Shown: positions 9,213 to 20,185 of the stretch, in pieces
Numbering within the stretch: position 1 is the stretch's first letter
How the letters are laid out: each line of letters starts with the position of its first letter
NCBI GenBank assembly: GCA_036149055.1
Contig: JAYZQJ010000227.1
Coordinates: 64,001-128,000, forward strand
Direction: 5' to 3'
DNA from: Myxococcota bacterium
Lineage (GTDB): Bacteria; Myxococcota_A; Polyangia; Polyangiales; Sandaracinaceae
Length of the DNA: 64,000 bases
Notes under the pieces: model-generated
Told to the model about the DNA's origin: nothing
Databases searched by the model: none
What the model saw: only the letters and a program-made list of their open reading frames with translations
Made by a program: the position numbers and the translations under genes

Positions 9213-10133
9213 ATGACGACGGAGAGGCCGTTCGGCCGAGGCAAGGTGATCCTCCTCGGCGAGCACGCGGTGGTGTACGGCACGCCCGCGCTCGCCGCCG
9301 GGATCGAGCGCGGCGTCGCGGCCCGCGTGGAGGAGGCGGAGGCGTTCCAGCTCGCCATCCCGACCTGGGACCTGGAGCTGGCGATCGACGCCGACGAGGA
9401 TCTGGCGCGCGCGTTCGCCGCGCTCGTGGAGACCCACCCCGATCGGGCCGCCCTGAAGCCGGTGCGGGTGACCCTGGACGTCGCGCTCCCGGCGGGCGCG
9501 GGGCTCGGCTGCTCGGCCGCGGTCGGGGTCGCGGTCTGCCGGGCGCTCGACGCCTCGGTCGGGCGCGCGGATCCCGACGCCGCCATCGGCGAGCGCACCC
9601 TGGCGTGGGAGCGCGTCTTCCACGGCAACCCGTCGGGCATCGACAACGCGGTGTCGGCCCACGGCGGCGTCGTCGTGTTCCGGCGGGGGGAGCCGCTCGA
9701 GCCGGTGACCCCGAAGAGCCCGCTCCACCTGGTCATCGGAGACAGCCGCGAGAGCGCCTCCACCAAGGCGATGGTGGCCGAGGTCGCGCGTCAGAAGGAG
9801 CGCGATCCGAAGCGCTTCCAGAAGACCCTCGATGGGGTGTCCTCGCTCGTCCAGAACGCGCGGCTGGCGATCGAGGCCGGAGATTGGTACGGGCTCGGCC
9901 AACTCATGAACCTGAACCACGCTCTGTTGAACACCCTCATGCTCTCCACCGCGCGTCTCGAAGAGATGTGCGCCGCGGCCCGGCACGCCGGCGCCCACGG
10001 CGCCAAGCTCACCGGCTCGGGCGGCGGCGGCTGCATGATCGCCCTGGCCGAGGACGAGGACGCGGCCGCGTCGATCGCCGAGGCCATCCGCGAGACCGGC
10101 CACGACGCCTTCACCACCCGGGTGGACCGATGA
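9213..10133 (+). CDS. mvk: Mevalonate kinase
   Basis: GKVILLGEHAVVYG, PAGAGLGCSAA, HGNPSGID, AKLTGSGGGGC. Confidence 0.93.
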   Translation: MTTERPFGRGKVILLGEHAVVYGTPALAAGIERGVAARVEEAEAFQLAIPTWDLELAIDADEDLARAFAALVETHPDRAALKPVRVTLDVALPAGAGLGCSAAVGVAVCRALDASVGRADPDAAIGERTLAWERVFHGNPSGIDNAVSAHGGVVVFRRGEPLEPVTPKSPLHLVIGDSRESASTKAMVAEVARQKERDPKRFQKTLDGVSSLVQNARLAIEAGDWYGLGQLMNLNHALLNTLMLSTARLEEMCAAARHAGAHGAKLTGSGGGGCMIALAEDEDAAASIAEAIRETGHDAFTTRVDR

Positions 10134-11137
10134 GCGGCGCGGCCAGGGCCACCGCCTGCGCGAACATCGCGCTCGCGAAGTACTGGGGCAAGGCCGACGA
10201 CGGCCTGAACCTGCCGGCGGTCCCGAGCGTCTCGATCACGCTCGATCCGCTGGTCACCGAGACCACCGTCACCTTCGACGAAGGTCTCACCGAAGATGCA
10301 TTCGCGCTCGACGGCGAGCCGGCGCGGGCGGGCGAGCTGAAGCGGGTGAGCGCGCTCCTCGACGAGGTCCGCCGCGAGGCCGGCTTCGAGACGCGGGCCC
10401 GTGTCACGAGCGACAACCGATTCCCCACCGCGGCCGGGCTCGCCTCAAGCGCGTCGGGCTTCGCGGCCCTCGCCGGCGCCGCCAGCGCCGCGGCCGGGCT
10501 CGCGCCGTCGCTCGAGGAGCTCTCCGCCCGGGCGCGCCGGGCCAGCGCGTCGGCCGCCCGGTCGATCTACGGCGGCTTCGTGGAGCTCCCCGCCGGCCGT
10601 GAGGGCCGGGACGCCCTGGCCGCGCGCCAGCTCGCCGGGCCCGAGCACTGGGATCTCCGGGTGGTCGTGGCGGTCACCGCCGAGGGCCGCAAGCCGGTCG
10701 GCTCCCGCTCCGCGATGGGCGAGAGCCGCCACTCCTCGATGTTCTACGACGCGTGGGTCGAGGGCTCGCGTCGCCTCTGCACCGAGATCGAGGAGGCGCT
10801 GATGGACCGCGACTTCCCGCGCCTCGCGCCCCTGGTCGAGCAGAGCTTCTTCGCCATGCACGGGGTGGCGATGGCGTCGATCCCGCCGGTCCTCTACTGG
10901 CAGGGCGGGAGCGTCGCGGCGCTGCACGCGGTCCGCCGCCTCCGCGAGGACGACGGGCTCTCGGTGTGCGCGACCATGGACGCCGGGCCCCACGTGAAGG
11001 CCATCTGCACCGCCGCCGACGCCGACGCGGTGGCGAAGGGCCTCGAGGCCACCGACGGCGTGCTCCGGACCCTGGTCACGAAGCCCGGTCCCGGTATCTC
11101 CATCGAGACCATCCCGGCCGAGACCGAGGCCTCGTGA
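10130..11137 (+). CDS. mvaD: Diphosphomevalonate decarboxylase
   Basis: ANIALAKYWGK, PTAAGLASSASGFAAL, TMDAGPHVK; ATGA overlap with mvk. Confidence 0.93.
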   Translation: MSGAARATACANIALAKYWGKADDGLNLPAVPSVSITLDPLVTETTVTFDEGLTEDAFALDGEPARAGELKRVSALLDEVRREAGFETRARVTSDNRFPTAAGLASSASGFAALAGAASAAAGLAPSLEELSARARRASASAARSIYGGFVELPAGREGRDALAARQLAGPEHWDLRVVVAVTAEGRKPVGSRSAMGESRHSSMFYDAWVEGSRRLCTEIEEALMDRDFPRLAPLVEQSFFAMHGVAMASIPPVLYWQGGSVAALHAVRRLREDDGLSVCATMDAGPHVKAICTAADADAVAKGLEATDGVLRTLVTKPGPGISIETIPAETEAS

Positions 11138-12096
11138 TCACCCTGAGCGCCCCCGGAAAGCTCATGATCTCCGGGGAGTACGTGGTGCTCGACGGGGTCG
11201 AGGCGCTGGTGGCGGCGGTCGATCGACGCCTGGTGGCCGTCGCTTCACGGACCCCGATCGACGGCTCACCCGGGCGAGGCGTCGGCTCGCCCGAGGGGCC
11301 GGGACTCCCCCCGGAGGCTCTGCTAGCCCGTCAACATGCCGAGGAAGCCCTCGGCGCCACCGACATGCAGCTCACCATCGACGCCAGCGCCCTGCGGAGC
11401 GCGGACCAGAAGCTCGGGCTCGGCTCGTCGTCGGCCGCCTCGGCCGCGGCGGCGGGCGCGGTGGTGGCGTCTCACGGAGGAGACGTCGCGAGTGAGCGCC
11501 GGCGCATCCTGGAGTGGGCGCTGCGCGGGCACCGGGCGATCGCGCCGCAGGGCAGCGGGGCCGACGTGGCCGCGGCGACCCTCGGCGGGCTGGTGCGCTT
11601 CGAGCGGGCTCGCGCCGAGGAGGCTCAGGTCGTCGAGTGGCCCGAGGATCTGCGGGTCGAGGTCGTGTGGACGGGCAAGCCCGCGCGGACGAGCGAGCTG
11701 GTCGCGAAGGTGCGCGCGCTCCGCGAGCGGGACCCGGCCGGCTACCGCGCGGTCGCCACGCCCCTGCGCGACGCGGCCGGCGCGCTGCTCGACGCGGTGC
11801 TGGCGGGAGACGCGGCGCGCACCGCCGAGGCCGCCGACGCGCACGGCGCGGCGATGGGCGCGCTCGGGGAGGCGTCGGACGCGCCGATCGTCACGCCCCT
11901 GCTCGCCGAGGCCGCGAGGCTCGCGCGCGCGCACGGCGGCGGGGCCAAGCCGAGCGGCGCGGGCGGCGGCGACGTGGCGCTCGCGTTCTTCAGCGGCGAT
12001 GATGACGCGGCGGCCTTTCGGCGCGCCTGCCCCGCGGCGGGGCTGGACCTACTGTCCGTGCAGCTGGGCGCCGAAGGCGTCCGGCGCGATCCCTGA
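11134..12096 (+). CDS. Phosphomevalonate kinase (GHMP family)
   Basis: APGKLMISGEYVVL, KLGLGSSSA, GSGADVAAA, KPSGAGGGD; GTGA overlap; operon context. Confidence 0.85.
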   Translation: MITLSAPGKLMISGEYVVLDGVEALVAAVDRRLVAVASRTPIDGSPGRGVGSPEGPGLPPEALLARQHAEEALGATDMQLTIDASALRSADQKLGLGSSSAASAAAAGAVVASHGGDVASERRRILEWALRGHRAIAPQGSGADVAAATLGGLVRFERARAEEAQVVEWPEDLRVEVVWTGKPARTSELVAKVRALRERDPAGYRAVATPLRDAAGALLDAVLAGDAARTAEAADAHGAAMGALGEASDAPIVTPLLAEAARLARAHGGGAKPSGAGGGDVALAFFSGDDDAAAFRRACPAAGLDLLSVQLGAEGVRRDP

Positions 12097-12111
12097 ACGA
12101 ACGGCGACTCC

Positions 12112-13416
<1,305 letters not shown>

Positions 13417-14673
13417 TCACACCGCCGAGACGATCTTGCGCAGCTTGCCGCGGCGCGAGAGCGGGATCTCGGCCACGTCCCGGATCTCCAGGCGGGCGTC
13501 GTCCCCGAGCAGCTCGGTCAGGCTGCGGCGCAGCGCGTCGTGGGCCGGCGCGCCCTCCCAGACCACGGTGAGCTCGAAGCGATCGGGCGCGTGCTGGGTG
13601 AGCCGGTACTGCCGGATGCCCGGGAGCCGCTCGACCCGAGGCGCGAGCACGCGCGGGCCGAGGCGCCGCCCGTCGGCGAGGGTGAGGATGTCGTCCGCTC
13701 GCCCTTCGGTCAGCGCGATCCGCGGCAGCCCCCGGCCACACGCGCAGCGCCCGGCGACGGTCATGCCCTCGTCGCCGATCGCGTAGCGGATCAAGGGCAT
13801 GAGCCGGTTGCGCAGCCCGGTGACGAGGAGGCGGCCGGAGACCCCTGGAGAGAGCACGTCGCCTTCGTCGTCCACCGCCTCGACGTGCACGGTGTCGGCC
13901 TCGACGTGCAACGCGTCGTGCAGCTCGCAGTCCCACGCGACGCGGTTGACCTCCTGGGCGCCGTACTGGTTCCAGACCGGGCAGCGGAACACGCGCGCGA
14001 TCTCGTCTCGGATCGGCGGCGCGAGCAGCTCGCCGTGACAGATGATGCCCTCGGGCCGCAGATCCACCCGCTCCGCCTCCACGATGCGGGCGATCATCAT
14101 CATCACGGTGGGGAAGTTGTAGATGTAGCGCGGCTGGAGGCGGATCAGCTGCGCGAGCTGCGCGCGCGGGTCCGGGTCGAGCGGGAGGAGGTGCTTCCGC
14201 ATGAGGCCCGCCCGCTCGTACGCCTTCTCCGCCCGCTCCTCCTCCCACCAGAAGTAGGCCATCGAGTGCCACGGGCGGTAGCCGGTCGCGAAGAGGGCGC
14301 GCGCGTAGGCCGCGTCCAGCCAGTCGTTCGCCTCGGCGGAGTAGGCGATCTCCATGAACAGCCCGCTCGACCCGGAGGTGCGGAAGACGACGTCCGACGC
14401 GCGCGGCGGCCTCGAGAGCGCCTCGTCCGGGTAGGCCTCGACGAGCTCCTCGCGGGTGAGGATGGGGAAGTGCCGGAGGTCGGCCAGCGTGCGCAGGTCC
14501 GCCGCGCTCACCCCGGCCGCCCGGAAGCGACGACGGTAGAGGGGCACCCGCGCCTCGCAGAAGCGCACCATGTCCTTCAGCAACCGGAGCTGACGCTGCT
14601 CGATCGCGACCCGCGACCGCCACTGGTTGGCCTGCAGGGTGGCGAGGTGACCGAGCTTTCGGACGAGCGGCAC
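13417..14673 (-). CDS. Phenylacetate-CoA ligase / CapK-like adenylate-forming enzyme
   Basis: RTSGSSG loop, YGAQE, MPLIRYAIGD, GRADD, GKLR; start GTG 14673 inferred. Confidence 0.85.
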   Translation of the reverse strand: MPLVRKLGHLATLQANQWRSRVAIEQRQLRLLKDMVRFCEARVPLYRRRFRAAGVSAADLRTLADLRHFPILTREELVEAYPDEALSRPPRASDVVFRTSGSSGLFMEIAYSAEANDWLDAAYARALFATGYRPWHSMAYFWWEEERAEKAYERAGLMRKHLLPLDPDPRAQLAQLIRLQPRYIYNFPTVMMMIARIVEAERVDLRPEGIICHGELLAPPIRDEIARVFRCPVWNQYGAQEVNRVAWDCELHDALHVEADTVHVEAVDDEGDVLSPGVSGRLLVTGLRNRLMPLIRYAIGDEGMTVAGRCACGRGLPRIALTEGRADDILTLADGRRLGPRVLAPRVERLPGIRQYRLTQHAPDRFELTVVWEGAPAHDALRRSLTELLGDDARLEIRDVAEIPLSRRGKLRKIVSAV

Positions 14674-14693
14674 CCCCCGGAGGGTAGTCCCGG

Positions 14694-15122
14694 TCAGTCC
14701 ATCTCGGCGACCACCTTCAGGAGGTCGTGGCTGGTGACGATTCCGACGAGCTCGTTCTTGGCGTCGACCACCGGGAGGCAGTCGAAGCGCGCCTCGACCA
14801 TCTTGCGGGCCGCGACCGAGATCGGCGTCTCCGGCAGCACGGTCTGGGGCTGCTGGGTCATGATCGCGCGGACGAAGGTGTTCGCCTTGTACATCGCGTC
14901 CTTCGAGGCGGCCGCGGGCCCGCGCTCGAGCTGGCTCACGGTGAAGCGGAAGAGATCCCGCTGACTCAGCAGCCCCACCAGGGTGCGGTCGTCCACCACC
15001 GGGAGGTGACGGAAGCGGAATCGCTCCATGTCGAAGGCCACCTCGGCGAGGTTGTCCTCCTCGTGAAGCACGACGACCTCGTCGGTCATGATCTCGCTGA
15101 CGGTCCGGCTCATGGCCGTCAT
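14694..15122 (-). CDS. CBS-pair protein
   Basis: VSEIMT, HLPVVD, LVGLLSQRD, IMT, CLPVVD, LVGIVTSHD. Confidence 0.9.
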   Translation of the reverse strand: MTAMSRTVSEIMTDEVVVLHEEDNLAEVAFDMERFRFRHLPVVDDRTLVGLLSQRDLFRFTVSQLERGPAAASKDAMYKANTFVRAIMTQQPQTVLPETPISVAARKMVEARFDCLPVVDAKNELVGIVTSHDLLKVVAEMD

Positions 15123-15159
15123 GTTCCCACCGCCGAACGTCGCGCAATGGCGACAGTGA

Positions 15160-16491
15160 CTAAATCAGCGGGCCGGTGCAGAAGCGTCGGTCGCCGAAGC
15201 AGTCGGTCTCGACCCCGAAGGCCTGCGCGATGCTGGTCAGCAGGTCGTTGTGGCTCGCGCCGTCGAAACGCAGGTGACGCCCCATCTCGAAGCCGCCGCC
15301 GCCGCCCGCGAGCACGAAGGGCATGTTGCGTCGCTGATGGCTGTTGCCCTTGCCGAGCTCGTTGCCCCACACGACGAGGGTGTTGTCGAGCAGGGTGCCG
15401 TCGCCCTCCGGGATCGCGTCGAGCTTGCCCAGGAGCGCCGCGAACTGCTCCGCGTACCAGGTGTTGATCTGGGTGAGCTTCTCTTGCGCGCCGCCGTTGG
15501 AGTCGCCCTCGTGCGAGAGGTCGTGGTGGCGATCGGTGAAGCCGAGGTGCGGGAAGCTCATCTGACCGACCGAGCGGTTCCACTGCAGGCTGCCCACCCG
15601 GGTCAGGTCGCAGGCGAAGGCCATCGTCACCAGCTCGCTCATGTGGTCGACGAGCGCCGGGAAGTGATCGGGGCTGCGCAGGTCGGTGATCGGGCTGCCG
15701 AGCTCGGGCGCGGCGCAGGCGGCGCCGAAGGCGGGCGAGGTCTCGAGCCGGCGCTCGAGCTCGCGGACCGACTCGAGGTGCGAGTCGAGCTTGCGGCGAT
15801 CGTCGCTGCCCAGGCGAGGCCGGAGCCGGTCGAAGTCCTGGCGCGTGAAGTCGAGCACGCTGCGCCGGAGGGCCCGGCGTCGCTCCACCCCGGTGCGGTC
15901 CTCGCCGAGATCGCCGAAGAGCCGGTCGAACGCCTGCCAGGGGTCGTCCTCGGGCGGCAGGGGCTCCCCGGCCGCGCGGTAGACCATGCGCGTCCAGACG
16001 TTCTCCGCCCGCCCGACGTCGACGCCGAGCTCGATGGAGGGGAAGGTCGCGTCGGCGCCGATCTGCCGCGCCACCGCCTGGTCGATGCTGAGGCTGCTCG
16101 CCCAGGAGACCGGCGGGCAGGAGTCGCAGCCACCCATGACGTCGCCGGGGAGGAGCTCCACGCCGGTCCAGAGGCAGCCCATGCCCTTCTGGTGTCCGTC
16201 GCCGGGGCCGGTGTAGGAGATCTGCTGGTCGACGCCCTGCAGGATCAGGAGCTTCTCGCGGAACGGCTCGAGCGACGACAGGATGCGCTTCAGCCGGAAG
16301 CCCGAGCCGGTCTCGTCGGGGAAGAACTCGCCGGGGATGGTGCCGTTCGGGCTGAACACGAGCAGCAGCCGCTTGGGCGCGGCGGACGGCTGCGCCTCGC
16401 CCCGGAGGATCTTCCAGAAGGGCACGGTCAGGGCGGTCGCGCCGGCGGCGCCGACGAACCCGCGGCGGGTCCACTTCGTGAGCGGCTTCAT
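15160..16491 (-). CDS. DUF1552-family protein
   Basis: TRRGF Tat-like N-terminus, FSPNG, SIDQAVA, RRSVLD, MAFACDLTRV, HHDLSH, TLLDNT. Confidence 0.85.
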   Translation of the reverse strand: MKPLTKWTRRGFVGAAGATALTVPFWKILRGEAQPSAAPKRLLLVFSPNGTIPGEFFPDETGSGFRLKRILSSLEPFREKLLILQGVDQQISYTGPGDGHQKGMGCLWTGVELLPGDVMGGCDSCPPVSWASSLSIDQAVARQIGADATFPSIELGVDVGRAENVWTRMVYRAAGEPLPPEDDPWQAFDRLFGDLGEDRTGVERRRALRRSVLDFTRQDFDRLRPRLGSDDRRKLDSHLESVRELERRLETSPAFGAACAAPELGSPITDLRSPDHFPALVDHMSELVTMAFACDLTRVGSLQWNRSVGQMSFPHLGFTDRHHDLSHEGDSNGGAQEKLTQINTWYAEQFAALLGKLDAIPEGDGTLLDNTLVVWGNELGKGNSHQRRNMPFVLAGGGGGFEMGRHLRFDGASHNDLLTSIAQAFGVETDCFGDRRFCTGPLI

Positions 16492-16622
16492 GACTGACCT
16501 CGGTACTGGGGATCGACGGTCACGGGGACCTCGCGGGGTGGAGGAGGCGGCGGCTCGTCCTCGGTCTCGGGTCGACGCCAGCGGGGCGCGCGAAATCCAG
16601 CCCGACCGGTAGGCTCAATCAT
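16488..16622 (-). CDS. Putative 44-aa Pro-rich small protein between the DUF1592 and DUF1552 genes
   Basis: ATG overlaps the 3' end of the upstream gene; TGA overlaps the next ATG; MIEPTGRAGFRAPRWRRPETEDEPPPPPPREVPVTVDPQYRGQS. Confidence 0.4.
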   Translation of the reverse strand: MIEPTGRAGFRAPRWRRPETEDEPPPPPPREVPVTVDPQYRGQS

Positions 16623-18270
16623 GAGTCACCCCCGTGGGCACCCGCTGGTGGCGGAAGGCGTCGCTGAGGGCCACCGCGACCATCAGCTCGCGCAGGTCGT
16701 AGCCGGACTCGCGGAAGTCCTCCTGGAGCCGCTGCACCGAGCAGAGGTCCCACTCGGTCTCGGTGCGGCCCATGGCGTATCGGAAGAGCTGCATGGCGAC
16801 GCACTCGCGGACCTGCAGGCTCCCCGCGAGCTGCCCGGCCAGCTCGGGCACCCCCTCGAAGGGGCCGTCGGCGTCGACGGTGGCGTGGACCGCGCCGCTC
16901 GCGTCGACCGGGACGCCTTCGTCGAGCTCGCGCCACCGGCCCATCGCGTCGTAGTGCTCGAAGCCGAAGCCGATCGGGTCCATGAGCTGGTGGCAGCCGC
17001 GGCAGCGCTCGTTGGTGCTGTGCTCCGCGAAGCGCTCGCGGGTCGTCAGGCCGGGCGCGGGATCGGGCGCCACCACCGCGATGTCGTCGGGCGGGGGCGG
17101 GAGCTGCTGGCAGAGCAGGCGGGTCCGGACGAACAGCCCGCGGTGGATCGGGTCGCTCTGGTTGGGCTTGGCGAGCACGGTGAGCAGGCCCGGCTGGGTC
17201 AGCAGCCCCGCGCGCTGCGCCGGGTCGAGCTCCACGCGCTGGAGCGCGTCGCCTTCGATCCCCTCGATGCCGTACGCCCGGGCGAGCGGCCCGTCGACGT
17301 AGGTGTGGGTGCCGAGCAGCAGGGTGTCGACGTCGGTGCCCTCCTCGCCGAGGAAGGCGTCCTGGACGTAGCGCTCGACCGACGCGCGGAGCCGGGCCCC
17401 GGTGCCGTCCGCGAACTCGGGGTAGCGCTCCGCGTCGCGCCGGGCGCCGTCGAGCACGTCGAGGTGGAGCCACTGCCGGGCGAAGTCCCGCACGCCGGCG
17501 ACCGCGCGCTCGTCGTCGAGCAGGCGCCGGGCCTCGGCCTCGAGCCCCTCGGGCGTCGCGAGCCGCCCCGCGCCGGCCGCCTCGAGGAGGGCGTCGTCGG
17601 GGATCGAGCCCCAGAGGAAGAACGAGAGCCGGCTCGCGACCGCGAAGTCGTCGAGGGCCACGGTGTCACCCGCCCGGCCGGCCAGCTCGGGCGCCGCCTC
17701 GACGTGATAGAGGAAGCTCGGCGCGCTCAGCACCCCCTGCACGACCGTCTGGATCCCGGTCCGGAAGTCGTAGGCGCGCCCCACCTCGTAGAGGGCGAAC
17801 AGCCGGTCCGCTTCGACCGGGTCGAGCGGCCGCCGGAAGGCGCGCATGCCGAAGCGCGCGATGAACTCCCGCGCGCAGGTCTCCTCGCCGCTCGCGGCCA
17901 CGTCGCACTCGAGCAGCGCCTCGAAGCGGGTCGAGACCGCCTGCTCGGCCAGGCTCTCGGCCGCGTCGACGTACTGCTCGGCGAGCAGCGGTGATACCCG
18001 GGAGCCGACCTCGTACCCGCTGGTGTCGTCGTCGGCCGCGAAGTCGCGGGCCGCGCGCGCCTCGAACCCGAGCAGCTGGGTCGTCGCCCGATCGTACTCG
18101 GCGCGCGTCAGGTGCCGCAGCGGCGCGAGGTCCACCTGGGGCAGGTCACACCCCGCGGCCGGCCCCGGTCCGTCGTCTCCCGGTCGGAACGGCCGCTCGC
18201 CCCCGGGCGGCAGGACGGAGCCCTGACACCCGAGCAGCAGGAGCGCCAACCACGCGTGTGCCCGCGACAT
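16615..18270 (-). CDS. DUF1592/DUF1588/DUF1595-type lipoprotein with a CxxCH motif
   Basis: LLLLGC lipobox, LRHLTRAEY, RAFRRP, SRLSFFLWGSIPD, PIHRG, CRGCH, DPIGFGFEHYD. Confidence 0.85.
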   Translation of the reverse strand: MSRAHAWLALLLLGCQGSVLPPGGERPFRPGDDGPGPAAGCDLPQVDLAPLRHLTRAEYDRATTQLLGFEARAARDFAADDDTSGYEVGSRVSPLLAEQYVDAAESLAEQAVSTRFEALLECDVAASGEETCAREFIARFGMRAFRRPLDPVEADRLFALYEVGRAYDFRTGIQTVVQGVLSAPSFLYHVEAAPELAGRAGDTVALDDFAVASRLSFFLWGSIPDDALLEAAGAGRLATPEGLEAEARRLLDDERAVAGVRDFARQWLHLDVLDGARRDAERYPEFADGTGARLRASVERYVQDAFLGEEGTDVDTLLLGTHTYVDGPLARAYGIEGIEGDALQRVELDPAQRAGLLTQPGLLTVLAKPNQSDPIHRGLFVRTRLLCQQLPPPPDDIAVVAPDPAPGLTTRERFAEHSTNERCRGCHQLMDPIGFGFEHYDAMGRWRELDEGVPVDASGAVHATVDADGPFEGVPELAGQLAGSLQVRECVAMQLFRYAMGRTETEWDLCSVQRLQEDFRESGYDLRELMVAVALSDAFRHQRVPTGVTHD

Positions 18271-18436
18271 GGGGACGCTCATCCGCAAGCGGCGGGCCAC
18301 GCCGGCGCGAGCCCATGCGAGCGAGCAGGGCGCGGATCGGCCGGGATCCGGCCTGGCACGGAGCGCGGGGTGCTCCGCCCGAGGAAAGTGGAGCGCTCCA
18401 CGCTCCGCCGGGCGCGTTTGGACCCAGAGCTGCGTC

Positions 18437-18877
18437 GTGCGCGCGCTCCTCCTCACCCACCTGGCGACGACCCTCGGCATGGTCGCCGTGATCTGGTTCG
18501 TGCAGCTCGTCCACTACCCGCTCTTCGCCCGGGTCGGGGCGCGCGAGTTCCCGGTCTACGAGGCGTGGCACCAGACCCGGATCTCCTGGATCGTGGTGCC
18601 GCTGATGCTCGCCGAGCTCGGCACCGCGGGGCTCCTCGCGCTCCACGGCGAGCTCCCCTGGGCGCCGCGGTGGGAGCGGGTCGCGGGGCTCGGGCTGGTG
18701 CTGGCGGTCTGGGGGGTGACCTTCTTCCTGTCCGTGCCCGAGCACCGCCAGCTCTCGGGCGGGTTCGACCCCGACGCGCTCCGCCGCCTGGTCGGCACCA
18801 ACTGGCTGCGCACCCTCGGCTGGACGGCGCGAGGCGCCCTGGTCTGCGCCTGGACCTGGCGAGCGCTGAGCGTCTGA
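18437..18877 (+). CDS. Small membrane protein
   Basis: About four hydrophobic segments; IWFVQLVHYPLF, SVPEH, NWLRT; start inferred. Confidence 0.7.
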   Translation: MRALLLTHLATTLGMVAVIWFVQLVHYPLFARVGAREFPVYEAWHQTRISWIVVPLMLAELGTAGLLALHGELPWAPRWERVAGLGLVLAVWGVTFFLSVPEHRQLSGGFDPDALRRLVGTNWLRTLGWTARGALVCAWTWRALSV

Positions 18878-18881
18878 GCCG

Positions 18882-19658
18882 CTAGCGTCCCTCGAACCGG
18901 GGATCGCGCTTCTCGAGCAGGGCCGCCATGCCCTCCTCGGCGTCGACGGTCGCGACGGTCACCGCCTGAGCGTATGCCTCTCGATACGCCGCGGTGCGCG
19001 GCTCCCAGCCGAGGCCTTGCCGGAGGCTGGCCTTGGTGGTGCGGATCGCGATGGGCGCGTTCGACGCGATGGTCCGGGCCACCTCCATCGCCTCGGGCAC
19101 CGGGTCGTCCGAGGCGGCGTTGAACAGTCCCGCCGCCGCTCCCTCGGCGCCGTCGAAGAGCCGCCCCGTGTAGAGCCACTCGCTCGCCTTCGGCAGCCCG
19201 ACGAGGCGAGGGAGCACGTAGCTCACCGCCATGCCCGGGTGCAGCCCGAGCCGGGTGAAGTTCGCGCCGTACTTCGCGTCGCTGCGGGCGTATCGAAGAT
19301 CACACATCAACGCGAGCCCGAAGCCCCCGCCGATCGCGTGCCCGTTGAGCGCGCCCACCACCGGCACCTCGACGTCGAGCAGGCTCAGGAACGGCTCGTA
19401 CATCGCGTACGATCGCTCGTGCGGCTGCCGGCCCGGCTGCTCCCGCTGGATCTGCGACTTGAAGTCGGCGCCGGCCGAGAACGACCGCCCCTCCCCGGTC
19501 ACCACGAGGCAGCGCAGCCCCTGGTCGCCCCGGGCCTCGCGCACCCGCGCCGCGAAGCCCTCGAGCAGCTCCTCGGTCATCGAGTTCCGGTTGTCCGGCC
19601 GGTTCAGGGTGATCACCCCGACCCCGCCGTCCCGCTCGTATCGCACCGCGTCGCTCAT
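18882..19658 (-). CDS. Enoyl-CoA hydratase/isomerase family protein
   Basis: ITLNRP, FSAGAD, NGHAIGGG, LMCDLR, LGLHPGM. Confidence 0.92.
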   Translation of the reverse strand: MSDAVRYERDGGVGVITLNRPDNRNSMTEELLEGFAARVREARGDQGLRCLVVTGEGRSFSAGADFKSQIQREQPGRQPHERSYAMYEPFLSLLDVEVPVVGALNGHAIGGGFGLALMCDLRYARSDAKYGANFTRLGLHPGMAVSYVLPRLVGLPKASEWLYTGRLFDGAEGAAAGLFNAASDDPVPEAMEVARTIASNAPIAIRTTKASLRQGLGWEPRTAAYREAYAQAVTVATVDAEEGMAALLEKRDPRFEGR

Positions 19659-19748
19659 GCGCCTCGATACCACGCCAACGCCATTGGCGGGGAGTGGCAG
19701 CGCGCTTGCCCGATTGTCTTCGGCATCGAAGTTGCCCCCGACGCCAGC

Positions 19749-20168
19749 GTGCGCTGGCCTTCGCTCCTCTGCACCCTCGGTCTGTTCAGTTGCGCCGCTC
19801 CCGTGGGCGAGGCGCCCGAGTGCCGACACGGCCAGCTCATCCTCCGGGCGCAGACCGTAGGGGAGCCGGCCCCAGTACCGCTGTGCCTGCCGCGAGCCCC
19901 GCTGCGGCGTGCGGACGGTAGCCCCGTGTGCACGCTGATCGAGCGCCGTTTCGGGGAAGGGGCGTGCGATGACGTCGAGGGACGCGTCCGCCTGAGCCCC
20001 GATGATCCCCGAACCTGCGAGGTCGTCGGGCTGCTGTTGCTGTCGCCCGACGCCGAAGCGTGCTGGAACGCGGCCGCCGCCCTCCAGGTCGATCCGACCA
20101 CTCCGCCCGACACCGATCTCGAGCTCCGTTGCCAGACCGAGCTCAGCGCTCCCGTGCCGTGTGAGTGA
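19749..20168 (+). CDS. Hypothetical Cys-rich lipoprotein
   Basis: VRWPSLLCTLGLFSC signal-like start; several Cys; fills the gap between flanking genes. Confidence 0.45.
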   Translation: MRWPSLLCTLGLFSCAAPVGEAPECRHGQLILRAQTVGEPAPVPLCLPRAPLRRADGSPVCTLIERRFGEGACDDVEGRVRLSPDDPRTCEVVGLLLLSPDAEACWNAAAALQVDPTTPPDTDLELRCQTELSAPVPCE

Positions 20169-20185
20169 GACAGCAGCGCGCGGTG

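Noticed and set aside
6372..9766. Long ORFs crossing the repeat block (6372-8132 +, 6839-9766 -, 7048-8037 -, 7234-7902 +)
   Set aside because: Translations of DNA repeats or shadows of real genes; no credible starts or domains. The Ser-Asp reading resembles SD repeats but has no signal peptide or anchor.
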